Part shown: positions 51,290-63,821 of the stretch, piece after piece
Numbering within the stretch: position 1 is the stretch's first letter
Layout of the letters: every line of letters starts with the position of its first letter
NCBI GenBank assembly: GCA_002269645.1
Contig: NIVC01000734.1
Coordinates: 186,001-250,000, forward strand
Direction of reading: 5' to 3'
From: Macrostomum lignano
Lineage: Eukaryota
Length of the DNA stretch: 64,000 nucleotides
Notes under the pieces: model-generated
What the model was told of the DNA's origin: nothing
The model's database searches: none
The model's input: only the letters and a program-made list of their open reading frames with translations
Position numbers and translations under genes: made by a program

Positions 51290-51649
51290 TTACTTTCTCT
51301 TTTTAAAAGACGAGTTTCCTGCAGCCTTCTTCTTAGCGGCCGGGCCCTTGCCAGCTTCGGCCAGGGACTTCCGTTTCTGGCCGCCGGAAGCAGACTGCTG
51401 GCCGGCGGGCGGCTGGAGTACGGAGAAGAAGGAATCGATGCGACCTTGAACTGTTGTCTGCTTAGCTTTGAGCAGCCGCTTAGCCCCGCTGCGGACTCGT
51501 TCCTCGTTAAATCCGTTCTCTTCAACTAGGAATTTGATGAGGCCGGCTTCGTCCGGCTCGGACCACTTCAGCTCGACAGTGTCGCCAGGTGTAACGTCCG
51601 GCTTAGCGAATAGCCGCCTGGCCTCCTGGTATTGCCAGTTCTCTGGCAC
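51290..51649 (-). CDS. FEN1: Flap endonuclease 1, exon 4 (PIP box, basic tail)
   Basis: ccgcag|GTG CCA; [14 protein letters not shown]...[13 protein letters not shown]...QGRIDSFF...KKRK*. Confidence 0.96.
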   Translation of the reverse strand: MPENWQYQEARRLFAKPDVTPGDTVELKWSEPDEAGLIKFLVEENGFNEERVRSGAKRLLKAKQTTVQGRIDSFFSVLQPPAGQQSASGGQKRKSLAEAGKGPAAKKKAAGNSSFKKRK

Positions 51650-51751
51650 CTGCGGATTCGAATCGTGCGAGTAATTAGTCTGTTTTTTTAAGTAATTGAA
51701 CTTCAGAAGTTCGAACTCTGACTCTATATACCTAAGCTTCGAGTTTGAGTT

Positions 51752-52450
51752 TTAAGAGAGGTCCGGAGTTCGAGTCTCAGGAGAAAGGTTCGGAGTTCGA
51801 GTCTCAGGAGAGAGGTTCGGAGTTCGAGTCTCAGGAGAAAGGTTCGGAGTTCGAGTCTCAGGAGAGAGGTTCGGAGTTCGAGTCTCAGGAGAGAGGTTCG
51901 AAGTTTAAGTCTCAGGAGAAAGGTTCGGAGTTCGAGTCTCAGGAGAGAGATTCAGAGTTCGAGTCTTAGGAGAGGTTCGGAGTTCGAGTCTCAGGAGAAA
52001 GGTTCGGAGTTCGAGTCTCAGGAGAGAGATTCAGAGTTCGAGTCTTAGGAGAGGTTCGAAGTTTAAGTCTCAGGAGAAAGTTTCGGAGTTCGAGTCTCAG
52101 GAGAGAGATTCAGAGTTCGAGTCTTAGGAGAGGTTCGGAGTTCGAGTCTCAGGAGAAAGGTTCGGAGTTCGAGTCTCAGGAGAGAGATTCAGAGTTCGAG
52201 TCTTAGGAGAGGTTCGGAGTTCGAGTCTCAGGAGAAAGGTTCGGAGTTCGAGTCTCAGGAGAGAGATTCAGAGTTCGAGTCTTAGGAGAGGTTCGAAGTT
52301 TAAGTCTCAGGAGAAAGTTTCGGAGTTCGAGTCTCAGGAGAGAGATTCAGAGTTCGAGTCTTAGGAGAGGTTCGGAGTTCGAGTCTTAGGAGAGGTTCGG
52401 AGTTCGAGTCTTAGGAGAGGTTCGGAGTTCGAGTCTCAGGGGAGGTTCGG
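51752..52450. repeat. 28-30-bp tandem repeat GGTTCGGAGTTCGAGTCTCAGGAGA(A/G)A in FEN1 intron 3
   Basis: Direct reading. Confidence 0.95.
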
Positions 52451-52994
52451 ACGCGATTCCCATTTAAACTCTTAATGTGTAGATTTATAAAATTTGAACA
52501 AATGTTTTTAAACTGTAGGAGTCAACAGGTATTAATAAAAAAGTTCACTAGAATAATAACTGATTGACGGGTTTTCGAGTGTTCCATTCCCAGTAGAGCT
52601 ATTCAATAGCAGAGCACTTGAGAGCAATTCAGCGCAAGCAAGTCGGGAAGTGAGTTGAATCAAAAAACAGTCACGTTTCTTCGCCATCCTAAACTGCAGC
52701 TCCAGCAAAAAAGCAATTACAAAAATGAGCTGTGCTGGGTAAATTAACTATGGAAATAATAATATCAAAATATGCATGCCTAACAGAAAGAGAAGAAAGT
52801 GCTTATTAGATAAAGTTCACAGCGCTGACATCTGTGTGAGTAGGAATTCCATCATAACTTAATTATCTGACAGATCCATCTGATCAGGACTGAGAGAAAT
52901 TCCTGTTCAAAAGTACAAAAGCAGCCAATGATCTTCTAAAAGCAAGAATTTTTAAATTTCGAAACAAAGAATGACATGAATTTAGACACAATTG

Positions 52995-55900
52995 AAGAAT
53001 TTTAGGGCGATGGAACAAATACAAACTTCGAGCATCTCTAAAGCGATGAAACAAAGACACACTTCAAGAATCTCTAAAGCGATGAAACAAAGACACACTT
53101 CAAGAATCTCTAAAGCGATGGAACAAAGACACACTTCGAGAATCTCTAAAACGATGGAACAAAGACACACTTCGAGAATCTCTAAAGTGATGAAACAAAG
53201 ACACACTTCGAGAATCTCTAAAACGATGGAACAAAGACACACTTCGAGAATCTCTAAAAGTGATGGAACAAAGACACAGTTCAAGAATCTCTAAAACGAT
53301 GGAACAAAGACACAGTTCAAGAATCTCTAAAACGATGGAACAAAGACACAGTTCAAGAATCTCTAAAACGATGGAACAAAGACACAGTTCAAGAATCTCT
53401 AAAAGCGATGGAACAAAGACACACTTCAAGAATCTCTAAAACGATGGAACAAAGACACAGTTCGAGAATCTCTAAAACGATGGAACAAAGACACACTTTG
53501 AGAATCTCTAAAAGTTATAGAACAAAGACACAGTTCAAGAATCTCTAAAACGATGGAACAAAGACACAGTTCAAGAATCTCTAAAACGATGGAACAAAGA
53601 CACAGTTCAAGAATCTCTAAAAGCGATGGAACAAAGACACACTTCAAGAATCTCTAAAGTGATGAAACAAAGACACACTTCGAGAATCTCTAAAACGATG
53701 GAACAAAGACACACTTTGAGAATCTCTAAAAGTGATGGAACAAAGACACACTTCGAGAATCTCTAAAACGATGGAACAAAGACACACTTTGAGAATCTCT
53801 AAAAGTGATGGAACAAAGACACACTTCGAGAATCTCTAAAAGTGATGGAACAAAGACACACTTTGAGAATCTCTAAAAGTGATGGAACAAAGACACACTT
53901 CGAGAATCTCTAAAACGATGGAACAAAGACACACTTTGAGAATCTCTAAAAGTTATGGAACAAAGACACAGTTCAAGAATCTCTAAAACGATGGAACAAA
54001 GACACAGTTCAAGAATCTCTAAAACGATGGAACAAAGACACAGTTCAAGAATCTCTAAAAGCGATGGAACAAAGACACACTTCAAGAATCTCTAAAGTGA
54101 TGAAACAAAGACACACTTCGAGAATCTCTAAAACGATGGAACAAAGACACACTTTGAGAATCTCTAAAAGTGATGGAACAAAGACACACTTCGAGAATCT
54201 CTAAAACGATGGAACAAAGACACACTTTGAGAATCTCTAAAGTGATGAAACAAAGACACACTTCGAGAATCTCTAAAACGATGGAACAAAGACACACTTT
54301 GAGAATCTCTAAAAGTGATGGAACAAAGACACACTTCGAGAATCTCTAAAAGTGATGGAACAAAGACACAGTTCAAGAATCTCTAAAACGATGGAACAAA
54401 GACACAGTTCAAGAATCTCTAAAAGCGATGGAACAAAGACACAGTTCAAGAATCTCTAAAACGATGGAACAAAGACACAGTTCAAGAATCTCTAAAACGA
54501 TGGAACAAAGACACACTTCGAGAATCTCTAAAAGTTATGGAACAAAGACACAGTTCAAGAATCTCTAAAACGATGGAACAAAGACACAGTTCAAGAATCT
54601 CTAAAACGATGGAACAAAGACACAGTTCAAGAATCTCTAAAAGCGATGGAACAAAGACACACTTCAAGAATCTCTAAAGTGATGAAACAAAGACACACTT
54701 CGAGAATCTCTAAAAGTGATGGAACAAAGACACACTTTGAGAATCTCTAAAGTGATGAAACAAAGACACACTTCGAGAATCTCTAAAGTGATGAAACAAA
54801 GACACACTTCGAGAATCTCTAAAACGATGGAACAAAGACACACTTTGAGAATCTCTAAAAGTGATGGAACAAAGACACACTTCGAGAATCTCTAAAACGA
54901 TGGAACAAAGACACACTTTGAGAATCTCTAAAGTGATGAAACAAAGACACACTTCGAGAATCTCTAAAACGATGGAACAAAGACACAGTTCGAGAATCTC
55001 TAAAACGATGGAACAAAGACACAGTTCGAGAATCTCTAAAAGTGATGGAACAAAGACACAGTTCAAGAATCTCTAAAACGATGGAACAAAGACACAGTTC
55101 GAGAATCTCTAAAAGTGATGGAACAAAGACACAGTTCAAGAATCTCTAAAACGATGGAACAAAGACACAGTTCGAGAATCTCTAAAAGTGATGGAACAAA
55201 GACACAGTTCAAGAATCTCTAAAACGATGGAACAAAGACACAGTTCAAGAATCTCTAAAACGATGGAACAAAGACACAGTTCAAGAATCTCTAAAACGAT
55301 GGAACAAAGACACAGTTCAAGAATCTCTAAAACGATGGAACAAAGACACAGTTCAAGAATCTCTAAAAGTGATGGAACAAAGACACAGTTCAAGAATCTC
55401 TAAAACGATGGAACAAAGACACAGTTCGAGAATCTCTAAAACGATGGAACAAAGACACAGTTCGAGAATCTCTAAAAGCGATGGAACAAAGACACACTTC
55501 AAGAATCTCTAAAACGATGGAACAAAGACACACTTCAAGAATCTCTAAAACGATGGAACAAAGACACACTTCGAGAATCTCTAAAAGATGGAACAAAGAC
55601 ACAGTTCAAGAATCTCTAAAACGATGGAACAAAGACACAGTTCAAGAATCTCTAAAACGATGGAACAAAGACACACTTCAAGAATCTCTAAAACGATGGA
55701 ACAAAGACACAGTTCAAGAATCTCTAAAACGATGGAACAAAGACACACTTCAAGAATCTCTAAAAGTGATGGAACAAAGACACACTTCAGAATCTCTAAA
55801 ACGATGGAACAAAGACACACTTCGAGAATCTCTAAAAGTGATGGAACAAAGACACACTTCGAGAATCTCTAAAACGATGGAACAAAGACACACTTTGAGA

Positions 55901-56183
55901 ATCTCTAAAACGATGGAACAAAGACACAGTTCAAGAATCTCTAAAACGATGGAACAAAGACACACTTCAAGAATCTCTAAAAGATGAACAAAGACACACT
56001 TCGAGAATCTCTAAAACGATGGAACAAAGACACACTTTGAGAATCTCTAAAAGTGATGGAACAAAGACACACTTCGAGAATCTCTAAAACGATGGAACAA
56101 AGACACACTTTGAGAATCTCTAAAAGTGATGGAACAAAGACACAGTTTGAGAATCTCTAAAGCGATGGAACAAAGACACACTT
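52995..56183. repeat. 3.2-kb satellite, 37-38-bp unit GATGGAACAAAGACACACTTCGAGAATCTCTAAAAC, in FEN1 intron 3
   Basis: Direct reading; explains all ORFs between 52982 and 55987. Confidence 0.98.
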
Positions 56184-56197
56184 AAAAGGCAACTCAC

Positions 56198-56656
56198 TTG
56201 ATACTTGTCCTTGTCCAAATGCTTGAGCACATTGTCGATATCGCCATACTTTCGCAGAAACTCCAACGCCTTTTTCGGCCCGACGCCGCGAACAGAGTCG
56301 CAATAGTCGCAGCCAAGCAGGATGCACAGGTCAACAAACTGCTCCTGAGTCATGCTCATCTCCTGCAACGCCTTGTCCAGTCGGAACTCTTGAATCGGCA
56401 TCTTCTTGGCTTCGCTGAATGTAAGCCGACGCAACAGAACCGGTGCACCGAATGTCAGCGCGTCCATGTCTTCGGTGCCTACAGCGAAGACGCGACCGCT
56501 GCGCACCAGCTCCGCGCACTGCGCCTCCGCCTCTGACGGCGCCTGAAGCCAGGGCACGCCCATCAGGGTGAGAAGTCGCTGACATTCTGCCGCGTGTTGT
56601 TTCGTCACCTTCACCAGGCGCTTGGACATGCGCTCCGCTTCCTCCGCGTCTTCCAC
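56198..56656 (-). CDS. FEN1: Flap endonuclease 1, exon 3
   Basis: cccag|GTG...CAA|gtgagt, 153 codons. [21 protein letters not shown] and LGCDYC (H2TH) motifs. Confidence 0.97.
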
Positions 56657-56700
56657 CTGGGAAGTGAGGGTGATTGGGAATAAATGTTTCACTCTGGGGT

Positions 56701-57030
56701 GGGTAGCTAACATCTAGATCTATAGGGTAGCTAACATCTAGATCTATAGGGTAGCTAACATCTAGATCTATAGGGTAGCTAACATCTAGATCTATAGTGT
56801 ATCTTACATCTAGAACTACAGGTTATCTAACATCCAGATCTATAGTGTATCTAACATCTAGATCTACAGGTTATCTAACGTCAAGATCTACAGGTTATCT
56901 AACGTCAAGATCTACAGGTTATCTAACGTCAAGATCTACGGGTTATCTAAGGTCTAAGATCTACAGGTTATCTAAAGTCTAAGATCTACAGGTTGTCTAA
57001 CATCTAGATCTTAGGGTATCTAACATCTAA
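56701..57030. repeat. ~24-bp tandem repeat TAACATCTAGATCTA(T/C)AGG in FEN1 intron 2
   Basis: Direct reading. Confidence 0.88.
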
Positions 57031-57224
57031 ATTTAGTGAATCTGAGACACATCTAAATCCATGATATTTGAGGCAAATCTATATTTACTTTGTAGGATTT
57101 CTACCTCCAGACTAATCAAAAAGATCGCGTGACATTTTTGGATTATAATCCCAAAATCAAAGTGCTTACTAAAATAGAATGCAACAATCAACTCTTTAGG
57201 AATACCCCTCTCCCTTTTACAAAC

Positions 57225-57490
57225 CTCTTGCGCCCGTTCAAGCGCTTTCTCAGCCTCGTCTCGCTTCTCCTGACGCTTAGCCAACTCGCCAGATTTCATC
57301 TGAGGCGGAGCGCCATCGAATATATAAACAGGTTTAAGGCCATTGTCAATCATACGCATAGTTCGATAGAACATGCCCAATAGGTGAGATGTAGTTTCAC
57401 CATCGGCGTTAGTCAGATTGCCGCCGTCCTGGCGAACAGCGGTTAGAAACTGGTAGAGGCACATGCTGGCATCAATGGCTACCTTTCGGC
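57225..57490 (-). CDS. FEN1: Flap endonuclease 1, exon 2
   Basis: ccaag|GC CGA...GAG|gtttgt; [26 protein letters not shown] and YIFDGAPP motifs. Confidence 0.97.
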
Positions 57491-58224
57491 CTTGGTGCAA
57501 AAAGTGTAAGGAAAGTCTATTAAGCTCATTTTTGCGGCCTTCTGTAGCCTACTAACAGTAGAAATGTTTGGATTTGCCGGATGAAAATGGCACCAAAAGG
57601 AAAGAAGTGACTCTAGAAAACTTGATCAAGATGTCACGGTACAAGTCGCCTATGAGTCAATTTAAAGCATTTTATTGTCTGCAAATCAGGGGCAACGTAG
57701 TGACCCTAAAGCAGTAGGGCCCCCGTGGCTGTCCATGATGGCGCCCCTTTTCCTTTGGGCTGGCAGTCCCAAATATGATTAATATTATGAACTATGATGC
57801 TTTGAATTTACAAAGTGATTAAATCCAAAACAGGAAAAAAGACAGTAATACCAGAAAACAAAAGCATAGAAGTCACCTCGCTAACTTTGTACTTTAAGTT
57901 CAGGTCCTCACTACATCTGCCGTCAGCTTGCTCGGTGTATACTATAGCGCCCCTCTTAGCCTATATTACAACACCCCAGTAGTATATACTATGGCTTCCC
58001 TCTTGGTGTATATTATGGCGCCCCTGTAGTGTATACTATAGCACCCCTCTTAGTGTTATAGTCACTCATTAAGTGTTTTATAAACTTATAGATATGAAAT
58101 AGAAATCTTTATTTAAGATTTTATTAGTTTTAACTTTTTAAAATATTATTAGTTAGAAGTCAACTAGAACTGGCAAACCCTAGTTCATAAAAAAATTATC
58201 CAAGCTACAATTGCTACAATCCAA

Positions 58225-59530
58225 GGGTAAAGTCATAGATGTTCCTCTAGGAAAGTATTATCACTTTGGTATTGAACAAGGTATCAATGAAGTTTTTTGA
58301 GCTTTGGAACATGTTGTTGTATTAGATGACATATCAACCCTATTGTGTGTTTATGGTAGGGGTCGGACATGATCACAATTGTGATCACAATTTCGTGAAT
58401 TCATGACCATTTTTATCATGATCATTATTTCCTTGAAACCTATTCACGATAGTCGTGAATTTCCGCTTTATTACATTTTTATTAGAAGTATAACTTTTCT
58501 ACTTGGTTTACCAAAATATGTGAACACAAATGTGTTAAAGAGTAATAAATTTTAAATTTGTTGACTTGACAGCATTACCGAGTAGCTATTATCAATTTAT
58601 AAATATTTCTTTTCTTGTTTTGTTATTTTCAACACTTGTAACTTACGAGCTCAAAATACGTGTATGCAAATATAAATTCACGATCACAATCACAATCACG
58701 CCTGACTTTGAAAATTTCACAAAATTTCATGCCCAACCAAAATTTTCTGCTCGTCCGACCTCTAGTTTATGGCTTACCAATATATAACAGTTTTGTAAGT
58801 AGATTTTGGCCTATTGTTGCTGCTTTGTCTGGCATTCTATCATCCTATCTTTGATTGGCCTATACTATGGTGAGAAGTAACCTGGATCAGCTAAAGATTT
58901 GTTGCATCCTGTAGTCGAAGAGCTAAAGATCCTTGAGCAAGGAAAGTATATTTATGAAAAAACCTAAAGGTTTATCTACAGTATGTCATATGTGATACCT
59001 TCGCAAGGCACTTTTTTAAGGGTATCAAGGGGCACAATGGTTATTATGGATGCAAATGTTGCATACAAAAAGGGACAATTGAGTATGAGCAAATGCTTAA
59101 CAATGGCCAAACTATTGTTTTTCTAGACCTTGATGCTCCACTAAGAACTGATGTCATTTCCTCAGAAGCAGCAAGCATAACATCACTATTCTAATTTACC
59201 ATTTGAGGAGCTGCAAAGAACATTCATTTGTGATCCAATGCACCAACTATATTGTGGAATTGGTCCTATGATTTTACAACTAAAGATGGCCCTAAAGCAT
59301 TTAAGATAAGTCATACACTTTAGACAAATTGATGACCTTATACTGCATGCCTGCCAATATATTCTGGCTGACTTTTTGCAATAGCAGTCTCTTTCAACAT
59401 TTGGGAATATGGAAAGCCATTGTTTTTTTGCCAATTTTTCATGTATTTGCTACCATTTGTCATTTGTACTACTGTTAGCAATTCTGACTTCCTAGACCCT
59501 CTTTTGACATTATATGTCATAGTGACTACT
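58225..59530 (+). pseudogene. Degraded CMC/EnSpm-like transposase relic in FEN1 intron 1
   Basis: Fragments KVIDVPLGKYYHFGIEQGI (~58230), VICDTFARHFFKGIKGHNGYYGCKCCIQKG (~58985-59075) and WKA..F..F.Y..PF (~59410), with many stops and frameshifts. Confidence 0.75.
58357..58764. mobile_element. 408-bp hAT-type MITE inserted in the transposase relic
   Basis: TIR TAGGGGTCGGAC / GTCCGACCTCTA. Perfect 8-bp TSD GTTTATGG (58349-58356, 58765-58772). Confidence 0.85.
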
Positions 59531-61432
59531 GAATTTTAAAACTTACGTCAGGAGTATGACTTATATTAGTAGTAATGTCTTGCTGCTCAGGCACCAAGCT
59601 ACCAAGGATAAATTGTATTTAGATAATAGCCATATTCAATTAATAAGCCATTCAAAAATTAGACACAGAATTAGTTAGGACATTAGTGCGATTTTAGAAA
59701 TTGGAAAAATTAGAAATGAGCTATAGCTTGGATTGTGTATTAGTATATGCAAGGTTTAATGCCAGAAAAAATGACAAGACCTCATTTGTATGCCAAGTTT
59801 ATGCACCAATAGAAAAAAAATTGTCATTTGAAACAATGTATCTATTGTGTTATATACACCAAGATATATCCTGATGTATGCTGAAAAATGATAAGATCCT
59901 TGTTATATACCAGGAAATCCTAGCATACATGTTGCCTTCTGAACTAAAGAAAATGAGAAATGAGAATGAGAAAAAGAAATGAGAAATTAAATGATCAGAA
60001 AAAGAGAACCACAACAACTTAATAGCTTAGTAGTAGAACTGTTTTGAAAAGAGAAATTAGCCTTAAAACAACTTGATAGTAGTTGCAGTAGTAGGCCAAG
60101 ATGGAATTCTTGCTTGGGGGAAGGAAAACACACGCACATTTTTGGAGCAATGCACAAGTGCGCATGCCAGCTATAAAAAAATTAGTCATAATGCAATCAT
60201 GGCCTATATGCTAAAAATGAAATTTCTAGTTTTTCAATTCTTCTATTTTACAATTTTTTTTAAAATTGTACTTCAAGTGTAAAGTAGCTTGAATGCTACA
60301 TTTTTAGAGAAAATATTCTTGAAACCGAGTGTGTACATACCTTTGAGAATGCACAAGTAGGCCCCTTTTCAGCACACAAATGCGCACAAATTTGACAAGT
60401 GCACACAAATGCGTAACAACTTTTGTGCAAGAATTCCATCATGGGTAGTAGGATCTTATTTTTAGTAAAGCAAAGACAAATCATAGAACAATATAGTGGT
60501 ATTAGTAAAATAGTATAGGCCTAAGAATACAAAAAAACTCACAATAGCAACATTTTAATTTTGATAGGTTTAATATAAAGTTATAGTTACTAAAAATAGT
60601 ATAACATAATACTATAGTATCTAGTTTTAAAAAAACCTTGATGGCCAATTAAGCATAGGCCTAGGATCCAAAATTAGGATGTCAAAACTAGTCATAGATA
60701 TATAACCAAACTTTACAATGGCTAATATACAAGTTTTCTCTAAAAATTATATATATTTAGGTTAAGTATATGAGTATGAGTTAGATGAGTTAAGTACATA
60801 ATAATATATATATCTAGATTCTAGAGCACCTTTTTGCAACATGCTTTGCTTTGCATACAATTTAACTTTCTTTTTTCCTTAGTCACTAGTATAGGCCTAA
60901 TAATATATTTTATGCTTCTAAATTTGTCTATTGATTAATTAAAGAAGTTTGTACTCTTTTTTATATTTTATTTAATTAATTTTCAATGTGTTTTGCCTAT
61001 GTACCCCTGGAAATTTTTTTTGTGGTAATGGTTCTATAATATATATACCACCTTGTCCTTACCTTGACCACACTGACTATTAACCAACCATCTAGGCCTA
61101 GTCTAGATAGAGGGGTTGCCCCCCCCCCCTTAGGACTTAGGTGGAGACTGGAGACCAGAAAAAAATCAAAGGGAGGACCAAGCAATTTTGCGCCAAAATA
61201 GAGAGCCACACCCTCTTAGCCACCCCTTGCCCTCTGGGTCTTTACCCTCCAGAATCTGCCCCCCTCAACAAAATTCTGGTTGCACTAGGCCTACTGGTGT
61301 AAGTCCATCACATACTTAACCTAAAAAAACATAAAACACGTCTTTTGTATTAATTATACAGCTAAGACTAAGAGTGCATGGAACTATGCCTGTATGTTTT
61401 AAGAAAGCATTGAAAGAACACGGTTAACCTAC

Positions 61433-61514
61433 CAAAATAATTCTTCAGATCGCCCTCCTTTACACAGGATGGAGCAGAATCGCAAAGAACTTTACTGAGC
61501 TGCTTAATTCCCAT
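61433..61514 (-). CDS. FEN1: Flap endonuclease 1, exon 1
   Basis: MGIKQLSKVLCDSAPSCVKEGDLKNYF-G; donor G|gtaggt, phase 1, joins exon 2 (YFGRKVAID). Total CDS 1167 nt, 388 aa. Confidence 0.95.
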
Positions 61515-61923
61515 AGTACACTTTGATGTAGATAAATTTCGAAAAGCTTGAGAATGTGTTCTAATGTAATTTGTAGTCTTGTAATTCTTGTAATTTGTTC
61601 TAAATAGACAAATTATCGCGAAGGCTCTATTCATGCATCAACTACTCGTCAGAGTCGATCGAATTCATAAACGGCGGCCACGTGAAATTTAAACTTTCTG
61701 ATCAAACATCTTAACAATTTTTTAAATAAAAATCTACTATTTTTCGCGCTAATGTTTGAAAATTTTGGCTTAGGTTTTCATTATTTATCAATGGCGAAAA
61801 ATAGTATTTCATTTGTTCTCTTTTTCCACCGTATAATAGAGTACTTGCACTTCGTAGCGAAACAATTGGTGTTGCATTGCAATTGCATTGATCTTAGCCC
61901 TTAAAGCATTTGAGTAGCGCAAG

Positions 61924-63305
61924 CAGGGGCGTTGCCATGGATTTTATGGTGGGGGACAAGGCCAAGAACTTCACATTTAAATGACTAAATTCCTACATTT
62001 CCATTATTCTGAGAATCGTGTTTGTAAGCGCAATTTTTCGGCGCCGCAGGTACTCATTTTAGCGACGCAGCCACTCATTTTGGCGCCGTAAGGTACTCAT
62101 TTTGGCGCTGCAGCTGGCACTCCTTTTGGCGCCGCAGGCACTCATTTTGCGCTGCAGGCACTCATTTAATTGGCGCTGCAGCTCATGGGCATTCCTTTTT
62201 AGCGCCGCTGCACAATTTTGGCGCCGCGGCCCGCAAGCACTCATTTTAACGCCGCAGGCACTGATCATTTCGGCGCTGATGGTGCTATATTTTGGCGCCC
62301 TGAAGAAAAACTATTGATTACCACAACGAGGTCACAAGGTGGGGTGGGGAGGACAAAGCATTGGAATGCCCCCCATAGCTTTTTCTGTGCTTTGTTCTGT
62401 GCTATGTCAGTGCCAAAATCATGAGCACTGACAGCACAGATTCTCAAATAACCATCGCAACCAGCGGGGCGGCGCACTCCTTGAGGTTGATGTGCAGCTC
62501 CTTGAACGCGCCATTACAGTCGGACTGCCAGTCGATGTAAATCGCCAAACCGGTTCTCTGTCGACGAAATGCAGCACAGCACCGCCTCCAATGTCACAGG
62601 CGTCAGACTCAATCGCTCCAGCGCCGGCCGACGCGAGGGCCAGGCAGCTCTAGGCGGCAGCGTGCTCAACGCGGTCATCCACCACCTCAGCTGCGACTGG
62701 AGCTCCTCCGTGACGCCGACCCTGTCGGACGGATGCGCCAGGCTGTTGACCAGCACGATCAGCGGCCGCAGGAAAGTTCACCCGTGCTGGGCGGCAGTGC
62801 ACAGGTGGCTGAGGTGCCCGAGCAGCTTCTGCAGTTCCGCCTTGCACAGGCTCCTCCGCGAGAGGCAGGTGTCAAGGAGAAGCTGAAGCTTTTCGGCTTT
62901 GTCGGCTGGGAAGGTAAGACTGGCTTGCACGGTGTCGATGTCAATGCCAAGGAATCGCAGCTTTGTCGTCGGCGGCACCGACTTTTTCTCGTTGATGGTG
63001 AAGCCAAGCCTGGTGAGCAGGTTGCGCAGCTCGTGGTAGGCCCTGTCGCACTCGGCTTTCGTCCTGGCCATGACGAGGAAGTCATCGATGAAAACGACGG
63101 TTGCCAGGAACCCCTTGCGACACATCATTCGCCGGGCCGCTTGCGTGAGGCGATGGAAAATGCTGACGGAGGCTCTGCTGCCGAATGGTGACCGCGTATC
63201 CACAAGGAAGGTTGAGCAGCCGTTGCCGAAGTCCCAGTGAATGCCGGTGGCTTGGTAGCACTTTGGGGCAACATCCACCCTGTCCCCCCGGTGGCGACGC
63301 GCCTG
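61924..63305. mobile_element. 1382-bp hAT-type non-autonomous element carrying a retrotransposon fragment
   Basis: TIR CAGGGGCGTTGCCA / TGGCGACGCGCCTG (12/14). Perfect 8-bp TSD AGCGCAAG (61916-61923, 63306-63313). Internal GGCGCCGCAGGCACTCATTTT repeats. Confidence 0.85.
62445..63260 (-). pseudogene. DIRS/Ngaro-type reverse transcriptase-RNase H fragment
   Basis: DTRSPFGSRASVSIF, VFIDDFLV, LGFTINEKK, FLGIDID, LQKLLGHL, LRWW, then RNase H TDACDIGGGA and HINLKE; several frameshifts. Confidence 0.85.
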
Positions 63306-63821
63306 AGCGCAAGTCTCAAGTTCTCTCAACGGTAATCTCATCTTTGCATGTAATTGTTTCTGTTGGCTTTAAGCTCTTCAATCAGTGCAAATGCTGGATA
63401 ACCACGACCACAAGTTGCTAGATAGAAGTATACTGCGCATGCGCTTTGGCATTTCTCAATTACCGCCGGAAGCCGTCTCTTGAATGCATTTACATGTAGC
63501 AGTGTAAATTGTAGATTTATAAGTAACTGTCGTACACAGTAGATGTTTCAGTACATGTACATTCAGAAGTTTTATCGCTTGAAATATTGCTTTATCCCTA
63601 GGGAAATGAGGAAACTGCGGCTACCGTGTGATTCACCCGATTCATGTACATATGTGCGTGAAACTCTAGCGAGACTAAAGCTTATAACTATTGAATAAAG
63701 TTGTGCAAAAAGTACGTAGAGTAAGCGAAACTATATAAATTTTCCTCTCGTTGCAATATAATACGTTTTGTCAACAATAGGTTGGCAATTAAAGATTATT
63801 TAATTATATCACTGTTACATG

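Noticed and set aside
52982-55987. Many 60-170-aa ORFs (MEQRHTSRISK / LEILELCLCSI)
   Set aside because: All derive from the 37-38-bp intronic satellite. The same applies to ORFs at 28240-28610, 34283-34618, 40962, 43074, 43975-44287, 44842, 50733 and 51745.
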